The position numbers and the translations under genes are program-made. From IMG/VR virus record IMGVR_UViG_3300046012_000660: a stretch of DNA of 41,064 bases, one strand, 5' to 3'. The DNA comes from a virus. This document shows positions 40,548 through 41,064 of the stretch, piece after piece. The notes beneath the pieces are model-generated. The model searched no databases, was not told the DNA's origin, and saw only the letters and a list, made by a program, of their open reading frames with translations. The first letter of the stretch is position 1; every line of letters starts with the position of its first letter.

Positions 40548-41064
40548 ATCAAGAATAACCCAGATATTCCTACTTCATTTTCGACTGATGGAGCTAATGC
40601 AGTTCCTATTGCTAATGACATAGAAATCTATGGAGAACATGTCGTAGCACAAGGCGATCCTGTATTTACATCAGGTGCAACGAATGTTGTAACGGTCAAT
40701 GTTCAAGCTGCCAGCGCTCAAGCATCGTCTAGTGCAGTTAATATGGGATTGGCTTCTTTTGATAGCACACAATTTAGCGTTGATGTAAATGGATTTGTTC
40801 AATTTAGTGGAACTGGTGGAACAGAGACGCTGACAGGCAATAGCGGTGGTGCAGTAGGACCAACAGCCAATAATATTAATACAGTTGGTACAGGATCTAT
40901 AACTATTGTCGGGAATCCAGGAACTAGCACCCTGACAACCCAATTAACAGGATTAACCAACCATTCTTTACTTGTAGGTGCAGGAACCGCAACTATCACT
41001 AATCTTGGTGTGGCCACGAATGGACAATTGCCTATCGGTTCAACCGGAGCTGACCCCGTATTGG
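40548..41064 (+). CDS. Tail fibre protein, N-terminal part (continues at nt 79 of the window, ends at 452); start codon unresolved
   Basis: The frame is open from 40518 and has clear fibre-like content (...GLASFDSTQFSVDVNGFVQFSG.., TETLTGNSGGAVGPTANNINTVGTGSITIVGNPGTSTLTTQLTGLTNH). There is no ATG, GTG or TTG before 40743. The ATC at 40548 aligns with the ATG of paralogue 1749. Confidence 0.65.
   Translation, partial: MKNNPDIPTSFSTDGANAVPIANDIEIYGEHVVAQGDPVFTSGATNVVTVNVQAASAQASSSAVNMGLASFDSTQFSVDVNGFVQFSGTGGTETLTGNSGGAVGPTANNINTVGTGSITIVGNPGTSTLTTQLTGLTNHSLLVGAGTATITNLGVATNGQLPIGSTGADPVL
40987..41064. repeat. Terminal overlap, copy of nt 1-78
   Basis: Compared directly. Confidence 0.95.

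Noticed and set aside
1-41064. Looked for CRISPR arrays, integrase and attachment sites, rRNA, transposase or IS elements, and toxin-antitoxin pairs
   Set aside because: I found no regularly spaced direct repeats, no tyrosine or serine recombinase motifs, and no transposase-like ORFs. The small-gene pairs have no recognisable toxin folds. Absence is judged by eye only and should be confirmed with profile searches.

Overview
The window is an essentially complete tailed dsDNA phage genome. Its first 78 nt are identical to its last 78 nt (1-78 = 40987-41064), giving a unit length of 40986 bp, so the genome is circular or circularly permuted. One fibre gene runs across that junction. All family names below come from motif recognition by eye; no search or HMM was run. 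Start positions were refined by hand using Shine-Dalgarno (SD) sites and ATGA/TAATG coupling.

Gene blocks:
- Receptor-binding locus of four paralogous fibre/spike genes (38476-41064, continuing at 1-2960).
- Leftward early block (3124-7483) with a RecT-like annealase, a Gp157-like protein and a PD-(D/E)XK exonuclease.
- A 32-bp palindrome (7501-7532) that reads as TTGATT-N17-TATAAT on both strands, followed by an XRE-type HTH gene.
- A replication-initiator-like gene with internal iteron-like repeats.
- An inverse-autotransporter-like outer-membrane protein (a moron candidate).
- A beta-class DPPY DNA methyltransferase with a small-terminase-like gene directly downstream.
- A rightward capsid-to-tail block (14219-22663) that looks podovirus-like, with a nozzle-sized 884-aa protein.
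- A run of small membrane proteins with no recognisable endolysin.
- A metallophosphoesterase and a GroES-like gene.
- A leftward operon: ParB/DGQHR-like protein, triple zinc-ribbon HTH protein, tRNA(CAT), and a 55-aa ORF.
- Three Gln/Gly-rich putative internal virion proteins.
- A leftward packaging/head block (37519-30424): TerL, HNH, portal, small proteins and a scaffold-like protein.

I saw no integrase, DNA polymerase, helicase or primase, reverse transcriptase, CRISPR array or rRNA.

Best candidates for something undescribed:
- the symmetric divergent-promoter switch;
- the phage-borne inverse-autotransporter-like protein;
- the ParB/DGQHR plus multi-zinc-ribbon module with a tRNA placed as operon punctuation;
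- the lysis region that lacks a muralytic enzyme;
- a fibre gene with ATC where its paralogue has ATG;
- a GC-rich, ORF-free, structured 232-bp segment inside the head operon.

The host is unknown. SD sites, signal peptides and a beta-barrel protein suggest a diderm bacterium.
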